The notes: a model not told the origin generated them from the letters alone. DNA of 64,000 nt from Candidatus Uhrbacteria bacterium (GCA_016205975.1 JACQSK010000005.1:13362-77361); one strand, 5' to 3'. Counted from the first letter of the stretch, positions 20,436 to 30,149 are shown. Numbers and translations are program-made.

Positions 20436-21682
20436 ATGCGTTTGAACAGATAGATGGTCACCACGGCATTGATCGTCTGGGTTACGAGCCAGGCAACGAT
20501 CACCCCAGACAAACCGTACAGCCAGACGAAAAGGATGAGCGCGGGGACCAGCAAAAGCGGGGCGAGGACGCTACTGATATAGAGTTCCTTGGTGCGACCG
20601 AGCGCTTGAAACACGGTCCCAAACAAGGAAAGCGGGGTCACCAGAATCGAAAGCGAGATCCACTGGGAATAATAGACGGATTCAAGGTAGGCGGGAAAGA
20701 GCCACGTAAAGATAAACGGCGCCAGAAGAATATAGGCGATCGTACAGGGGATAAGCAAAAGATACAGCTTTGCAATCTTTCCCATGAGCGTCCGCTGGAT
20801 GTCTTCTTTGGTGTGCTGGCTAAACTTGGGCAAGGCGATCGGAAAGGCTTCCGTGAACAGCCGGCGCAATTCCTGTGGCGGGCGCAGAGCGAACGCAAAA
20901 ATGGCCACGGAGGCAGGACCCAGCACATGCCAAATCACCACGTCCGTGGCATTGTTGGCGATGGCAAACAGGACGCCGGAGAAACTGATATACCGGCCAT
21001 AGGGTATCGTCTCCGGGTCACGCGTTTGATTCTCCAGTCGTCGTTTGGTAAGAAAATAAAAAAAACCCGAAGCGGCAGTCTGCGCTATAAAATAAACCAA
21101 GATGAGTGTGAAGAGATCGTTCGTGAGTACGATGGTCGCCACAAGCGCCAGGGCGACGAATAACTCCTGCGCAACGGCGAACTTGGAAAAAATATCGAAC
21201 CGCTGCTTGCCTTGCCAGTATGCCTGGTAGACGGAAAATGAAGACTTGAACGGCAAGAAGATGGCAACAACCACGAAGATCGCTGAGAGCAAACGGTTCT
21301 CTTGTATCTGATAGGAGAGAACAACCAACAAGGCCAAGGCCGCACCAAGGACGCCCCACTTCATCCGTGCGCGCAGGGCGGGGACGACCGATCCCTCATA
21401 GCCCTTTGCCACCGACCGCGTCAGCGAGGTGTTGATGCCCGAGAGCGTCGTAACAGAAAGCAAGAGAGACGCCGAAATGACATATTTGTAGGCGCCGTAC
21501 GTTTCTTGCGGCAGCAAGTTGGCAAACGCAATCGCCAGCCCAAACGAGATGATCGAAATGCCGACTTGTCTTGCGATCATCCAGAAACTCCCCCGAGCCA
21601 GATAGACCATGTCGGTTTTCGTGTACCGTTCAGACCAGCGTAAAACTCGCAAGATCTGTTGCTTTAGGCGTAAAAGTAACAT
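20432..21682 (-). CDS. wzx: polysaccharide flippase (Wzx, MOP superfamily)
   Basis: 416 aa, ~12 predicted TM segments, N-terminus typical of Wzx (…YLARGSFWMIARQVGISIISFGLAIAFANLL…). Confidence 0.75.
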   Translation of the reverse strand: MLLLRLKQQILRVLRWSERYTKTDMVYLARGSFWMIARQVGISIISFGLAIAFANLLPQETYGAYKYVISASLLLSVTTLSGINTSLTRSVAKGYEGSVVPALRARMKWGVLGAALALLVVLSYQIQENRLLSAIFVVVAIFLPFKSSFSVYQAYWQGKQRFDIFSKFAVAQELFVALALVATIVLTNDLFTLILVYFIAQTAASGFFYFLTKRRLENQTRDPETIPYGRYISFSGVLFAIANNATDVVIWHVLGPASVAIFAFALRPPQELRRLFTEAFPIALPKFSQHTKEDIQRTLMGKIAKLYLLLIPCTIAYILLAPFIFTWLFPAYLESVYYSQWISLSILVTPLSLFGTVFQALGRTKELYISSVLAPLLLVPALILFVWLYGLSGVIVAWLVTQTINAVVTIYLFKRM

Positions 21683-21745
21683 AAGCTCATTGGCAGCAGT
21701 TTAGCATAGAACGATAAAAGCGATCAGGAACCAGAGTCCAGACGT

Positions 21746-22576
21746 ATGCCACGGATTTCCATTCTCCTGTCTGTCTGCAACGGTGAGCGGTATCTGCGAT
21801 CGGCCATCGAGAGTCTGCTCGCACAGACGTATCGAGATTTTGAATTGCTCGTGGTGGATGACGGCTCGAACGACCAGACGTCCGCGATCTTGCGCGAAGA
21901 GTCGCAACGAGATGCTCGCGTCCGCGTCATCACCAACCCCACCAACCTCGGGCTCACTCGCTCGCTCAACATCGCTCTCGCCCAGGCTCAGGGAGCGTAC
22001 ATCGCGCGTATGGACGCAGACGATATCGCCCGGCCCGACCGGCTCGAGAAGCAAGTCGCGTTTCTGGATGCACACATGGACGTGGGGCTCGTGGGGAGCG
22101 CGTATCAGTTCATCGATGGCGCAGGCGACGTAATCGGCGAGAGGCACCCGCCGACCACCGACCGCGAGCTTCGCCGCGCGCTCCCGCGCACCAATCCTCT
22201 CCTGCACAGCTCGGTGATGATGCGCAAGGAGCTCCTGGATCGCGTCCACGACTACGATGAAAACTACCACCGCGCACAAGACTACGACCTCTGGATGCGC
22301 GTCGCGCCACTCACCGCGCTCGCCAACCTCCCCTACGTCCTCATGCAAAAACGCTTCACCACAGGCATGATCTCCTACGCGCGCGAGCGCGAGCAGATCC
22401 GTTGTGCCCTGCGCGTGCGCTGGCGCGCCATCCGCCGCGGCTCGTATCCCTATTGGTGCCTGATCTTTCTCGTCAAGCCGCTGGTCGCAACGCTCTTGCC
22501 GGCCTCCGTCGTACGGCGCGTACGGATTCATCTGTTTGGACAGAGCCAATATAAGCAGGCCACAAAAAAAATGTGA
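21746..22576 (+). CDS. glycosyltransferase family 2
   Basis: MPRISILLSVCNGERYLRSAIESLLAQTYRDFELLVVDDGSNDQT. Confidence 0.8.
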   Translation: MPRISILLSVCNGERYLRSAIESLLAQTYRDFELLVVDDGSNDQTSAILREESQRDARVRVITNPTNLGLTRSLNIALAQAQGAYIARMDADDIARPDRLEKQVAFLDAHMDVGLVGSAYQFIDGAGDVIGERHPPTTDRELRRALPRTNPLLHSSVMMRKELLDRVHDYDENYHRAQDYDLWMRVAPLTALANLPYVLMQKRFTTGMISYAREREQIRCALRVRWRAIRRGSYPYWCLIFLVKPLVATLLPASVVRRVRIHLFGQSQYKQATKKM

Positions 22577-23715
22577 AAATTTTTTTCCTCATCACCAAGT
22601 CCGAAGCCGGAGGCGCCCAGACGCATGTCGCGCAACTCACCAAATTTTTTATTGCGCATGGTGATGAGGTGGGAGTCATGAGTCCCCCCAACGGCTGGCT
22701 GGAGACACAAGCGCATCATCTGGGAGCGCGATTCTTCCCTAACCCATTTCTCTCAAACTCCCTCAACCCACGACGCACGCTCTCCGCCGCCAAGGCTATC
22801 ACCCGCGCCGTGCGCGACTTCCAACCTGATCTCATCGCCTGTCACTCCACCACGGCAGGACTCCTGGGCCGCTTCACGATCCGCAACCGCATCCCCACAA
22901 TCTTCACCGCCCACGGCTGGGGATTCCAGCCTGGCGCTCCCCTGGCGCGGCGCCTCACCCTTCCGATCCTGGAACGCCTCGCCGCGCGCTTCTGCTCGAA
23001 GATCATCTGTGTCTCGCAAAACGACCTGGCGCTCGCGCAAGCGCATCGTATCGCCCGCCAAGAGAAGCTCGTTCAAATCTATAATGGAATCGAGCTCACT
23101 CAACCGACCCCAGAAGCCACTCAGGCAGAAGCTTGGGACACCCATTCAAACCATGACGACGATAGCGTCCACATCTTCTTCGTCGGCCGACTCGCTCCGC
23201 CAAAAAATCCGTCTCTCTTGATCCACGCCGTAAGGAACCTCCCAGAGTCACTCCGTAATCGCGTCCGCATTACCATCATCGGCGACGGCCCGCAGATGCC
23301 AGCATTACAGAATCTTATCAAGCGGGAGCAGTGGCTCCCGCCTATGAATCAGATAAATCTCCCGGGCGCTCTGCCGCGCGAGGAAGTCCTGCGGCGGCTC
23401 AGGGACGACGCCGATCTCTTCGTCCTGACCTCTCACTGGGAAGGCTTCCCCTATTCGATTATCGAGGCCATGGCATGCGGCGTCCCCGTAATAGCAAGCG
23501 ACGTGGGCGGTGTGCGCGAAGCGGTCACGGCTCAGACAGGTATTCTGCTCGCACATGATGACGTACAGACTCTGTCACAGGCATTAGAACAACTCATCAA
23601 AAATCCAGAACAACGCAAAGCCATGGGAGAGCAAGCCTGCCTCGCCGCACAAAAAAAATTCTTGGTTGAGACGATGTGTGAGGCAACGCTCGCGGTCTAT
23701 CAGTCACTCGTCTGA
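22573..23715 (+). CDS. glycosyltransferase family 4
   Basis: EGFPYSIIEAMACGVPVIASDVGGVRE. Confidence 0.8.
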   Translation: MKIFFLITKSEAGGAQTHVAQLTKFFIAHGDEVGVMSPPNGWLETQAHHLGARFFPNPFLSNSLNPRRTLSAAKAITRAVRDFQPDLIACHSTTAGLLGRFTIRNRIPTIFTAHGWGFQPGAPLARRLTLPILERLAARFCSKIICVSQNDLALAQAHRIARQEKLVQIYNGIELTQPTPEATQAEAWDTHSNHDDDSVHIFFVGRLAPPKNPSLLIHAVRNLPESLRNRVRITIIGDGPQMPALQNLIKREQWLPPMNQINLPGALPREEVLRRLRDDADLFVLTSHWEGFPYSIIEAMACGVPVIASDVGGVREAVTAQTGILLAHDDVQTLSQALEQLIKNPEQRKAMGEQACLAAQKKFLVETMCEATLAVYQSLV

Positions 23716-23762
23716 TATACTGATGCTATCAAACCCAGGCTAAAGCCTGGGTCTACCAAACT

Positions 23763-25109
23763 ATGAAGGAGGAGGTTCTGACAAAACTCATCAAGCAGAC
23801 ACCCGCTCTTGCGTTTGTCGAGCCGTTTCTTGAAACGCATCCGGGCGCAGAGCTCTACCTGGTGGGCGGCGCGGTGCGTGATGCCCTGCTGAGCAGAAGG
23901 ACACCGGACATGGATTTTGATTTTGTCGTCCGCGGACTGCCCGGCAGCGACGTGCAAGCCTGGTTCGCCATGCAGGGCGACGTGAGCCTCGTGGGACAAC
24001 ATTTCGGCGTGTTCAAGTTTATGCCGCGCGGCTCTTCGCCTGAGCGCATGCCCTTCATGGATCTGGCTCTGCCGCGCACGGAAGCCGTCTCCCAAGGGTC
24101 CCTGGGCGGCTACAAAGATTTTGACGTCCAGTCAGATCCCAGCCTCCCCATCGAAGACGACCTTGCGCGCCGCGACTTCACCGTGAATGCCATGGCCTTC
24201 GATGTGCGCGCGAAGCGGCTCATCGATCCATTCCAGGGGCTCACCGACCTCTCCAAAAAAATCCTCCGCGCCGTGGGAAACCCCGAGGAGCGGTTCCGCG
24301 AAGATCTGACCCGCCTCTTGCGCGCGATCCGATTCTCGACGGAACTCGGATTCGCGATCGAACAGACAACGCTCCACGCGATCCAGACCCTCATACCCGA
24401 GATCAACAAAGAGCGCGAAGAAGACGGCGCACGCGTCTTCGTCGTCCCAAGGGAGATCGTGGGGCTCGAGCTCGCCAAGGCGCTCGCAAGCCATCCGGCC
24501 CGCGCGGTGGAAGTGCTGCGCCTCGCGCACGCGTTGCCCGTGCTCTTTCCTGGCCTCCCTGCCCAAAAGGAATACGACGAACCGCTCGCGCTTGCGCAAC
24601 CCCATGAGCTTCTCGTCAGCGTCGTCTTGCTCCTGCGCGCACTCTCCAAAGACCAGCTCGCGTCCGCCATCCATCTCTCAGGGCTGGACCGTTTGCCAGG
24701 GCACTCGCCTCTACGCCTTGACCCGCTTGATGTCCTCTCACTGGTGAAGGCGCTCCAGACAGAATCCTCCGTCCACATCGTGGAGGGCATGCCCGGGTCC
24801 GAGTTTGAGCGGCGATTCATGAATGCCCGAGGCGGCGCGCTCATACGAGCCCTGGAGTTCACGCAACAAAAACACGCCGCCGACGCAGCGCGCCGACGAC
24901 GAAAAGAAATTGAAGATCGCTGGCTCGTGGATCACGATGAAACGATCGCGCCGCTTCTGTCAGGCAACGACGTGCTTGCCGCGGGCGTCCCGGCTGGCCC
25001 CAAGGTGCGTCTGTGGCTAGACGGCATCCGCGATCTTCAGCTCGATGGCCGCCTCATGACCCGCGAGGCGGCACTCACCTGGCTCAAGGACAGTCTGGCT
25101 CGCCCGTAA
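23763..25109 (+). CDS. cca: tRNA nucleotidyltransferase (CCA-adding enzyme / poly(A) polymerase family)
   Basis: LYLVGGAVRDALLSRRTPDMDFDFVV and RRDFTVNAMAF head-domain motifs. Confidence 0.8.
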   Translation: MKEEVLTKLIKQTPALAFVEPFLETHPGAELYLVGGAVRDALLSRRTPDMDFDFVVRGLPGSDVQAWFAMQGDVSLVGQHFGVFKFMPRGSSPERMPFMDLALPRTEAVSQGSLGGYKDFDVQSDPSLPIEDDLARRDFTVNAMAFDVRAKRLIDPFQGLTDLSKKILRAVGNPEERFREDLTRLLRAIRFSTELGFAIEQTTLHAIQTLIPEINKEREEDGARVFVVPREIVGLELAKALASHPARAVEVLRLAHALPVLFPGLPAQKEYDEPLALAQPHELLVSVVLLLRALSKDQLASAIHLSGLDRLPGHSPLRLDPLDVLSLVKALQTESSVHIVEGMPGSEFERRFMNARGGALIRALEFTQQKHAADAARRRRKEIEDRWLVDHDETIAPLLSGNDVLAAGVPAGPKVRLWLDGIRDLQLDGRLMTREAALTWLKDSLARP

Positions 25110-26625
25110 CCTGAAGCCAAGCCGGAGGCACGGGGTCGTCCATGTAGTAATCGGGAAGCCGCTTACGCGCCCAGTTCCATTCTTGCCACTCAAAACCCAG
25201 CGTCGTCTCTCCCATGTCGTACAGGCTTTGGTAGAATGACCCGCCCAGCATCTCGCGCTGGTACTGATCCTCGCACGTCCCAGAGAATCCTTGAACGTCG
25301 TTCTCCTGCGCTGCGTCCAAGAAGGCTTTGATCGCCGGATAGGCCTCCTCGCTCAAGGACGGGAAGAGTGTCGCGTCCACTCGACATTCATCCGAGGTCT
25401 GTTGGCAGGCCTCGTGTTTTTGGATGTTCAACCTGACGGTGAGCTCGTCTTGCGGCGTCCAGGAAAACAGGAGGCCCGCGATCCCCAGGACGATGAGCCC
25501 ATGGCGCATGAGGGTTGACTGGGACGCGGCGCGCACAACGCTGACAAGCAACATCAAAAGCAGGAAGCCCAGAGTCCCCATCACCCAGTAGCCAAACAGG
25601 CGCTCCGGCGTATACCCATAGGCGTCGGTGTACAGGTTTAAGCGCATGAAGGCAGAGAAAAGCACGAGCAAGGTCTCTCCAATCAAAATCGTCTGCATAG
25701 CTATGAGCCATTTGCTCGTTGCCTCACCGTGCAGGCGCCTGAGCGTCAGCACAAGGCCGATGACAAGCAGCGCCACGATAACCAGCTGAAAGAATCCCTG
25801 CCGGGCATACTCTGCGTACGTCACGCTAACCATCTGGGCAAACGCTGCCTCACCCCCAAACAACGCATAGCCCTGCACCAAAAGAAAACTGACGAACAGC
25901 ACAGCCGTCCCGCCTACGATCACCTGGCTCTCCAGAATAAACCGCGGTTTGATGTCCCCTGTCTCTGGATGCACAAATCGCTGCCAAAACGCGGCAGCAA
26001 AAATCGACGAGAAAAACATACTCCAGAACCCCACGAATAGGACATGGCCCAACCAAGCATCGGGTTCAAAAATGATATTGAACCTCATGAACACCTCGTC
26101 GCTGAAAACGCGGAAGAGCAGATCGGCGCTCGCAAACAGGGCGATAAAGATGAGAAGGATCGGAATGAGTACCACGAGGCCTTTGATCAGGGCACTCTCT
26201 CGTGAAGCAAGACGCTTTATCCGCAGCTCACGCACGATCGACAGGCGCGAGAAAAGCTTCCACCCAAGCTCGAGCGTTCCCGCGCTCAATATTTCAAACG
26301 GGTGGCGCCAATCTCCTCGATGGCCCAACGCAAAAACGATGAACAACAGGTTGGAAATGAGACACCCGAAAAAAGTGACGGTAAGCCCGAGGCTCCCGGT
26401 CCACACGGCAAAGACCGCGCTGAAGGCAACCGCGAAGCCGGCCGCAACCCAGGCACGCACAGGCAGAACGTGTCCGGTCCACCGAGCGAGCAAAAGACTC
26501 ACCGTCAAAAAAAGAATCTCGGCGACGGGCAGGTTGACGCCCACACGCGAGAGATCAAAAAAGAAATAATCGAACGCGATTCCAAGCCCGAGTGCAGAGA
26601 GAAACACTTTTGCTGGCGTGGTCAT
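25084..26625 (-). CDS. polytopic membrane protein with extracytoplasmic C-terminal domain, function unknown
   Basis: 513 aa, many hydrophobic segments in the N-terminal two thirds; no family recognised by eye. Confidence 0.6.
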   Translation of the reverse strand: MTTPAKVFLSALGLGIAFDYFFFDLSRVGVNLPVAEILFLTVSLLLARWTGHVLPVRAWVAAGFAVAFSAVFAVWTGSLGLTVTFFGCLISNLLFIVFALGHRGDWRHPFEILSAGTLELGWKLFSRLSIVRELRIKRLASRESALIKGLVVLIPILLIFIALFASADLLFRVFSDEVFMRFNIIFEPDAWLGHVLFVGFWSMFFSSIFAAAFWQRFVHPETGDIKPRFILESQVIVGGTAVLFVSFLLVQGYALFGGEAAFAQMVSVTYAEYARQGFFQLVIVALLVIGLVLTLRRLHGEATSKWLIAMQTILIGETLLVLFSAFMRLNLYTDAYGYTPERLFGYWVMGTLGFLLLMLLVSVVRAASQSTLMRHGLIVLGIAGLLFSWTPQDELTVRLNIQKHEACQQTSDECRVDATLFPSLSEEAYPAIKAFLDAAQENDVQGFSGTCEDQYQREMLGGSFYQSLYDMGETTLGFEWQEWNWARKRLPDYYMDDPVPPAWLQVTGEPDCP

Positions 26626-26628
26626 ACG

Positions 26629-26802
26629 TTAGGGGATGGTGAGAGAATAAAACAATCCATAGAACAGAATAAGGATCGCCGAGGCCGCAATGAGGGCGCA
26701 CAGGCCGATGATGCCCTCTCTGTCCTGACGCTTGAGCGCTTTTCTCAGAAGGAAAACGGACACGATGAGCAGGCTGATACCGATAAAAAGGAATGGCATA
26801 GG
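26629..26802 (-). CDS. small 2-TM membrane protein (hypothetical)
   Basis: MPFLFIGISLLIVSVFLLRKALKR...LILFYGLFYSLTIP; lies 3 nt upstream of the 25084-26625 gene. Longer track start (26847) would overlap the tRNA. Confidence 0.4.
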   Translation of the reverse strand, partial: PMPFLFIGISLLIVSVFLLRKALKRQDREGIIGLCALIAASAILILFYGLFYSLTIP

Positions 26803-26813
26803 ATGATCATGTT

Positions 26814-26890
26814 TGGTGGGGGTGGATGGACTCGAACCATCGACCATCGAGGTATAAGCTCGACGCTCTGACCAACTGAGCTACACCCCC
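26814..26890 (-). tRNA. tRNA-Ile (anticodon UAU), CCA encoded
   Basis: Manual cloverleaf: 7-bp acceptor GGGGGTG/CACCCCC, D stem GCTC/GAGC, anticodon stem TCGAG/CTCGA with loop CTTATAC (U33, anticodon TAT, A37), T stem GATGG/CCATC, TTCGAGT loop, 77 nt. Confidence 0.8.
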
Positions 26891-26948
26891 AAGGCCGATA
26901 CTCTAGTATAGCATTGCGTCCTGTCAACCTGGTATACTTACGATCGCT

Positions 26949-27416
26949 ATGGACCCCCAACTCACCCCGCTTATCATTCTGCTTTCGATCTTCTGGTTCC
27001 TTTTGTACTGGGTCTTGGGAGGCGTGTTCTTCGCGGTCATCACGATCCTGCGCCTGGGCAGAATCCGCATGGTGCGCTTCAGCTGCCTGTTCACGCTGCT
27101 CGCCTTGGCATTGGGAGCGGGCGCGGGCTTCCTGGGAATCCAACGATCCCAGCAAGCTGTGCTCGTATGCCTTGCGGAGGCACAGACCAGAGCCGAGACG
27201 GTCGTAGCGGTTTTCGGCTGCGGCTTCGCAAGCATCTTCGGTGTCTTTCTGGCAGGCGCGGGCGTGCTGACCATCGGCGGGTTCCTCATCATGGCGATCT
27301 CCAAAAGCAAAACCAAGCCGTGGATTATTTTGGAGGAGCCGCAGGAGGAAACGTCTCAGGAGGAGCCTACACCCACGGAAGGGTCAAGTCCTGATAGCAA
27401 ATTTTTTTCAGGTTGA
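26949..27416 (+). CDS. hypothetical 4-TM membrane protein with acidic C-terminal tail
   Basis: Hydrophobic segments and EEPQEETSQEEPTPTE tail; preferred over antisense ORF 26924-27316. Confidence 0.45.
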   Translation: MDPQLTPLIILLSIFWFLLYWVLGGVFFAVITILRLGRIRMVRFSCLFTLLALALGAGAGFLGIQRSQQAVLVCLAEAQTRAETVVAVFGCGFASIFGVFLAGAGVLTIGGFLIMAISKSKTKPWIILEEPQEETSQEEPTPTEGSSPDSKFFSG

Positions 27417-27460
27417 CGCACGCGCGGATTGTTCCTATCATGCAGCCGGTTATGAGAGAA

Positions 27461-27537
27461 GGGCGGCTAGCTCAGGTGGTTAGAGCGTCACATTGACATT
27501 GTGAAGGTCAGAGGTTCGAGTCCTCTGCCGCCCACCA
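27461..27537 (+). tRNA. tRNA-Val (anticodon GAC), CCA encoded
   Basis: Acceptor GGGCGGC/GCCGCCC, anticodon stem TCACA/TGTGA with loop TTGACAT, T loop TTCGAGT. Confidence 0.9.
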
Positions 27538-27561
27538 AAAACCTCCAGGCGCTGGAGTTTT

Positions 27562-28509
27562 TTGTTTAGTCTGTTACTATGCGCAGCATCTATGCCAGAG
27601 ATTCGTGTCACACAGAAACAGAGCAATGAGCGGCTCGATCGCTTTTTGACGTCGACAATGGAAACCACGCGCTCGCAGATTCAGAAGCTCATCGAGGCAG
27701 GGAGCGTGCTGGTCAATCGGGAGGTTGCGAAGTCTAACCGGCGCCTGGAAGAAGGCGACGTGATTTTTTATCCAGAGGTAGAGCTCTCCGCACATAAAAA
27801 GACAGAGACCGCTCCCTTGCTTGAAATTGTCTACCAAGACGACGACGTGCTCGTCATCAACAAACCCTCGGGGCTCCTGGTCCACGAGGCGTTCAAGGAC
27901 GAGATGCGCGCGACCGTCGTGGACGCGCTGTTGGAATCCTTCCCCGAGGTCGCCGAGGTGGGCGACGACCCCAAGCGCCCAGGGATCGTGCACCGGCTCG
28001 ATAAGGACGTCTCGGGACTCATGGCGATTGCCAAGACACAAGCAGGGTTCGATCATCTCAAACATCAATTCCAAGCGCGCACGCTCACCAAAGAATACTT
28101 GGCCCTCGTCTACGGCGCGCTTCCCAAAGACCACGACGTGATCACTCTGCGCGTTACGCGCTCCAAGTCCAAGGGTCGCATGGTCGCGCGACCGGAGTCC
28201 CAGGAAGGCAAGGAAGCACACACCGAGTATGACGTGCTGGAGCGCCTGCCGACGACGACCTACGTGCGGGTAAAAATCCTGACCGGCCGCACGCACCAGA
28301 TTCGCGTGCACTTTCAAGCGCTCGGCTACCCGATCGTCGGAGACAAACTCTACAAAGTGAAGGGCATGAAGTTTCGTCCCATTGAACTGAGCCGACTGTT
28401 CTTGCACGCAAGCAAACTGACACTGAGGCTCATGGATGGGCGTGAGAAGACGTTTGAGGCAGGACTGCCAGACGAGCTTGAACGACTGCTGAGGTCGCTC
28501 AAAAAATAG
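27562..28509 (+). CDS. RluA-family 23S rRNA pseudouridine synthase (RluD-like, with N-terminal S4 domain)
   Basis: ERLDRFLTS S4 motif; catalytic HRLDKDVSGLMAIAK. Start could be ATG 27592; antisense ORF 27577-28512 rejected. Confidence 0.85.
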   Translation: MFSLLLCAASMPEIRVTQKQSNERLDRFLTSTMETTRSQIQKLIEAGSVLVNREVAKSNRRLEEGDVIFYPEVELSAHKKTETAPLLEIVYQDDDVLVINKPSGLLVHEAFKDEMRATVVDALLESFPEVAEVGDDPKRPGIVHRLDKDVSGLMAIAKTQAGFDHLKHQFQARTLTKEYLALVYGALPKDHDVITLRVTRSKSKGRMVARPESQEGKEAHTEYDVLERLPTTTYVRVKILTGRTHQIRVHFQALGYPIVGDKLYKVKGMKFRPIELSRLFLHASKLTLRLMDGREKTFEAGLPDELERLLRSLKK

Positions 28510-28565
28510 CATAGGCGAGAGAAGCGCGTGCGGCAGCAGGGGCTGCCGCCTATAAGAACATCTTT

Positions 28566-29135
28566 ATGAGAGGAACCATTTTCATCATCACCGGTCCAAG
28601 CGGCGTGGGCAAGACGACGGTCGCTCTGGAGCTCCTGAAGCGTCGGCCGAGTCTCAAAAAAGTCGTGACGTACACAACGCGTCCACCGCGCCCGGAAGAA
28701 ACGCCTGACGTCTCGTATCACTTCGTCAGCGAAGCGGCGCTCACGGATCTGCTGAACGCCGGAGAGCTCTTCGAGTGGGCTCGCGTCTATGAGACGCTCT
28801 ACGGGAGCAAGCGGTCGGACGTGGAGGGGCTGCTCTCGCAGGGCAACGACGTCTTGTTTGTGATCGATGTGCAAGGAGCCAAGACGATCCAAGCGGAACA
28901 CCCTGAGACCGTGGTCATCTTCATCGACGCCGAATCGGATGAAGCACTCATGAGGCGCCTCGCGGCTCGAGATCAAGGCAAGACGGTCAACCTGGAGGAA
29001 CGCGTGCAAGCGATCCAAGATGAACGTACCTATGGGGCAACCTGCCGATACCGAATCGTCAACCGAGAAGGGAATCTTGAACAAACCGTAGAGGAGGCCT
29101 TAGGGGTTATGGATTCTCTTGACGAAAAACGCTGA
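28566..29135 (+). CDS. gmk: guanylate kinase
   Basis: P-loop GPSGVGKTT; TTRPPRPEE...YHFVS motif. Confidence 0.9.
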   Translation: MRGTIFIITGPSGVGKTTVALELLKRRPSLKKVVTYTTRPPRPEETPDVSYHFVSEAALTDLLNAGELFEWARVYETLYGSKRSDVEGLLSQGNDVLFVIDVQGAKTIQAEHPETVVIFIDAESDEALMRRLAARDQGKTVNLEERVQAIQDERTYGATCRYRIVNREGNLEQTVEEALGVMDSLDEKR

Positions 29136-29156
29136 GTTTTCTATACTCTCGCTACT

Positions 29157-29594
29157 ATGTCAGACGAACAGACACAAACAACGACCGCACCCGAGGAAAC
29201 AATGGTCCCCGTGGAGACGGCCAAGGCTCCTGTCAGCCCCCAAGAAAAACCCGTGGCAGGAAATGTTCTCGCGATCGATCAACTCCGCGCCGGTCAAACC
29301 GTGCGACTCCATGAGCGCATCAAGGACGTCACGGCCAAGGGCGAAGAACGGCAGCGCGTTCAAGTCTTTGAAGGCATCATCTTGGGAGTCCGAGGATCTG
29401 GAGTCAGCAAGACGCTCACGATTCGCAAAGTCAGCGAAGGCATCGGGGTCGAAAAAATCTATCCCCTGCACTCCCCCGTGATCGCCAAAATCGAACTCGT
29501 GAAGACCGCCCGCGTGCGCCGTGCCAAGCTCAACTTCCTCAACAATCTGAAATCGCGTTTCAAACGTAAGCTCGAAGAGACGTACGTGAAGTAA
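29157..29594 (+). CDS. rplS: 50S ribosomal protein L19 with ~30-aa N-terminal extension
   Basis: LRAGQTVRLHERIKDV...QVFEGIILGVRGSGVSKTLTIRKVSEGIGVEKIYPLHSPVIAKIELV...RRAKLNFL matches L19. Confidence 0.85.
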   Translation: MSDEQTQTTTAPEETMVPVETAKAPVSPQEKPVAGNVLAIDQLRAGQTVRLHERIKDVTAKGEERQRVQVFEGIILGVRGSGVSKTLTIRKVSEGIGVEKIYPLHSPVIAKIELVKTARVRRAKLNFLNNLKSRFKRKLEETYVK

Positions 29595-29597
29595 AAA

Positions 29598-29627
29598 AAC
29601 GGACCCCGTTAAAGGGTCCGATTTTTG
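29598..29627 (+). terminator. rho-independent terminator after rplS (GGACCC-cgttaaa-GGGTCC + GATTTTTG)
   Basis: Perfect 6-bp GC stem followed by a T-run immediately after the rplS stop. A second imperfect palindrome GGGGGACA...TGTCCCCC follows at 29631-29678. Confidence 0.6.
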
Positions 29628-29741
29628 TCGGGGGGACAAAATTTCGTATATACGAAAAAATGTCCCCCAAAAAAACACCCACCGTCGCTCGTTGAGCTCT
29701 GGTGGGTAGGTTCCGTCGATAGTCGCAAGTACGGTCGTTGT

Positions 29742-29969
29742 TCACTGTCCTTCGCGGTTCAGCTTCACGTGCGCCTTGAAGATCATGAGAAGGATCGGGG
29801 CGACGATCGTCGCCAGACCCATGGCGCCAAGCCACCATGTGGGCGCACCCATGGCGACCCAATCGACGACGAAAATCGCGATCGTGCCGCCTCCGACGAA
29901 CCAGAACATGAGGGTTGCAAGGGCGTCTCCTTGACCGAACTCGTGGAACTCCGGAAGAGAGCGAAACAT
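29742..29969 (-). CDS. small 2-TM membrane protein (hypothetical, 75 aa)
   Basis: Strong RBS GGAGG-ctac-ATG on the minus strand; MFRSLPEF...two hydrophobic helices. Lies in-frame within the longer track ORF 29742-30431. Confidence 0.5.
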   Translation of the reverse strand: MFRSLPEFHEFGQGDALATLMFWFVGGGTIAIFVVDWVAMGAPTWWLGAMGLATIVAPILLMIFKAHVKLNREGQ

Positions 29970-30149
29970 GTAGCCTCCAATACGTTGTTGTCTTCCCACA
30001 TCTGATAGGCGGCAGCCACTGCTGCCGCATGACAGGTGTCGAAAGGCAACGGAGGAAATGGTGAGACGCCCCGTCCGTCTCACGCGTGGTGTGAAGACGG
30101 ACGGGGGTCGCGATGAGCGTCGGGTCAGTTGCAGGAACGGACGGGTCCT

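Noticed and set aside
19401-20453. 350-aa plus-strand ORF
   Set aside because: Antisense to the GT4 and wzx genes; R-rich junk.
21701-22549. 282-aa minus-strand ORF
   Set aside because: Antisense to a GT2 gene with canonical DxD/N-terminal motifs. R/A-rich translation typical of high-GC antisense frames.
24110-24862. 250-aa minus-strand ORF inside cca
   Set aside because: Antisense, Ser/Arg-rich junk. The plus-strand CCA enzyme motifs are clear.
27577-28512. 311-aa minus-strand ORF
   Set aside because: Exact antisense of the RluA-family pseudouridine synthase, which has clear catalytic motifs on the plus strand.
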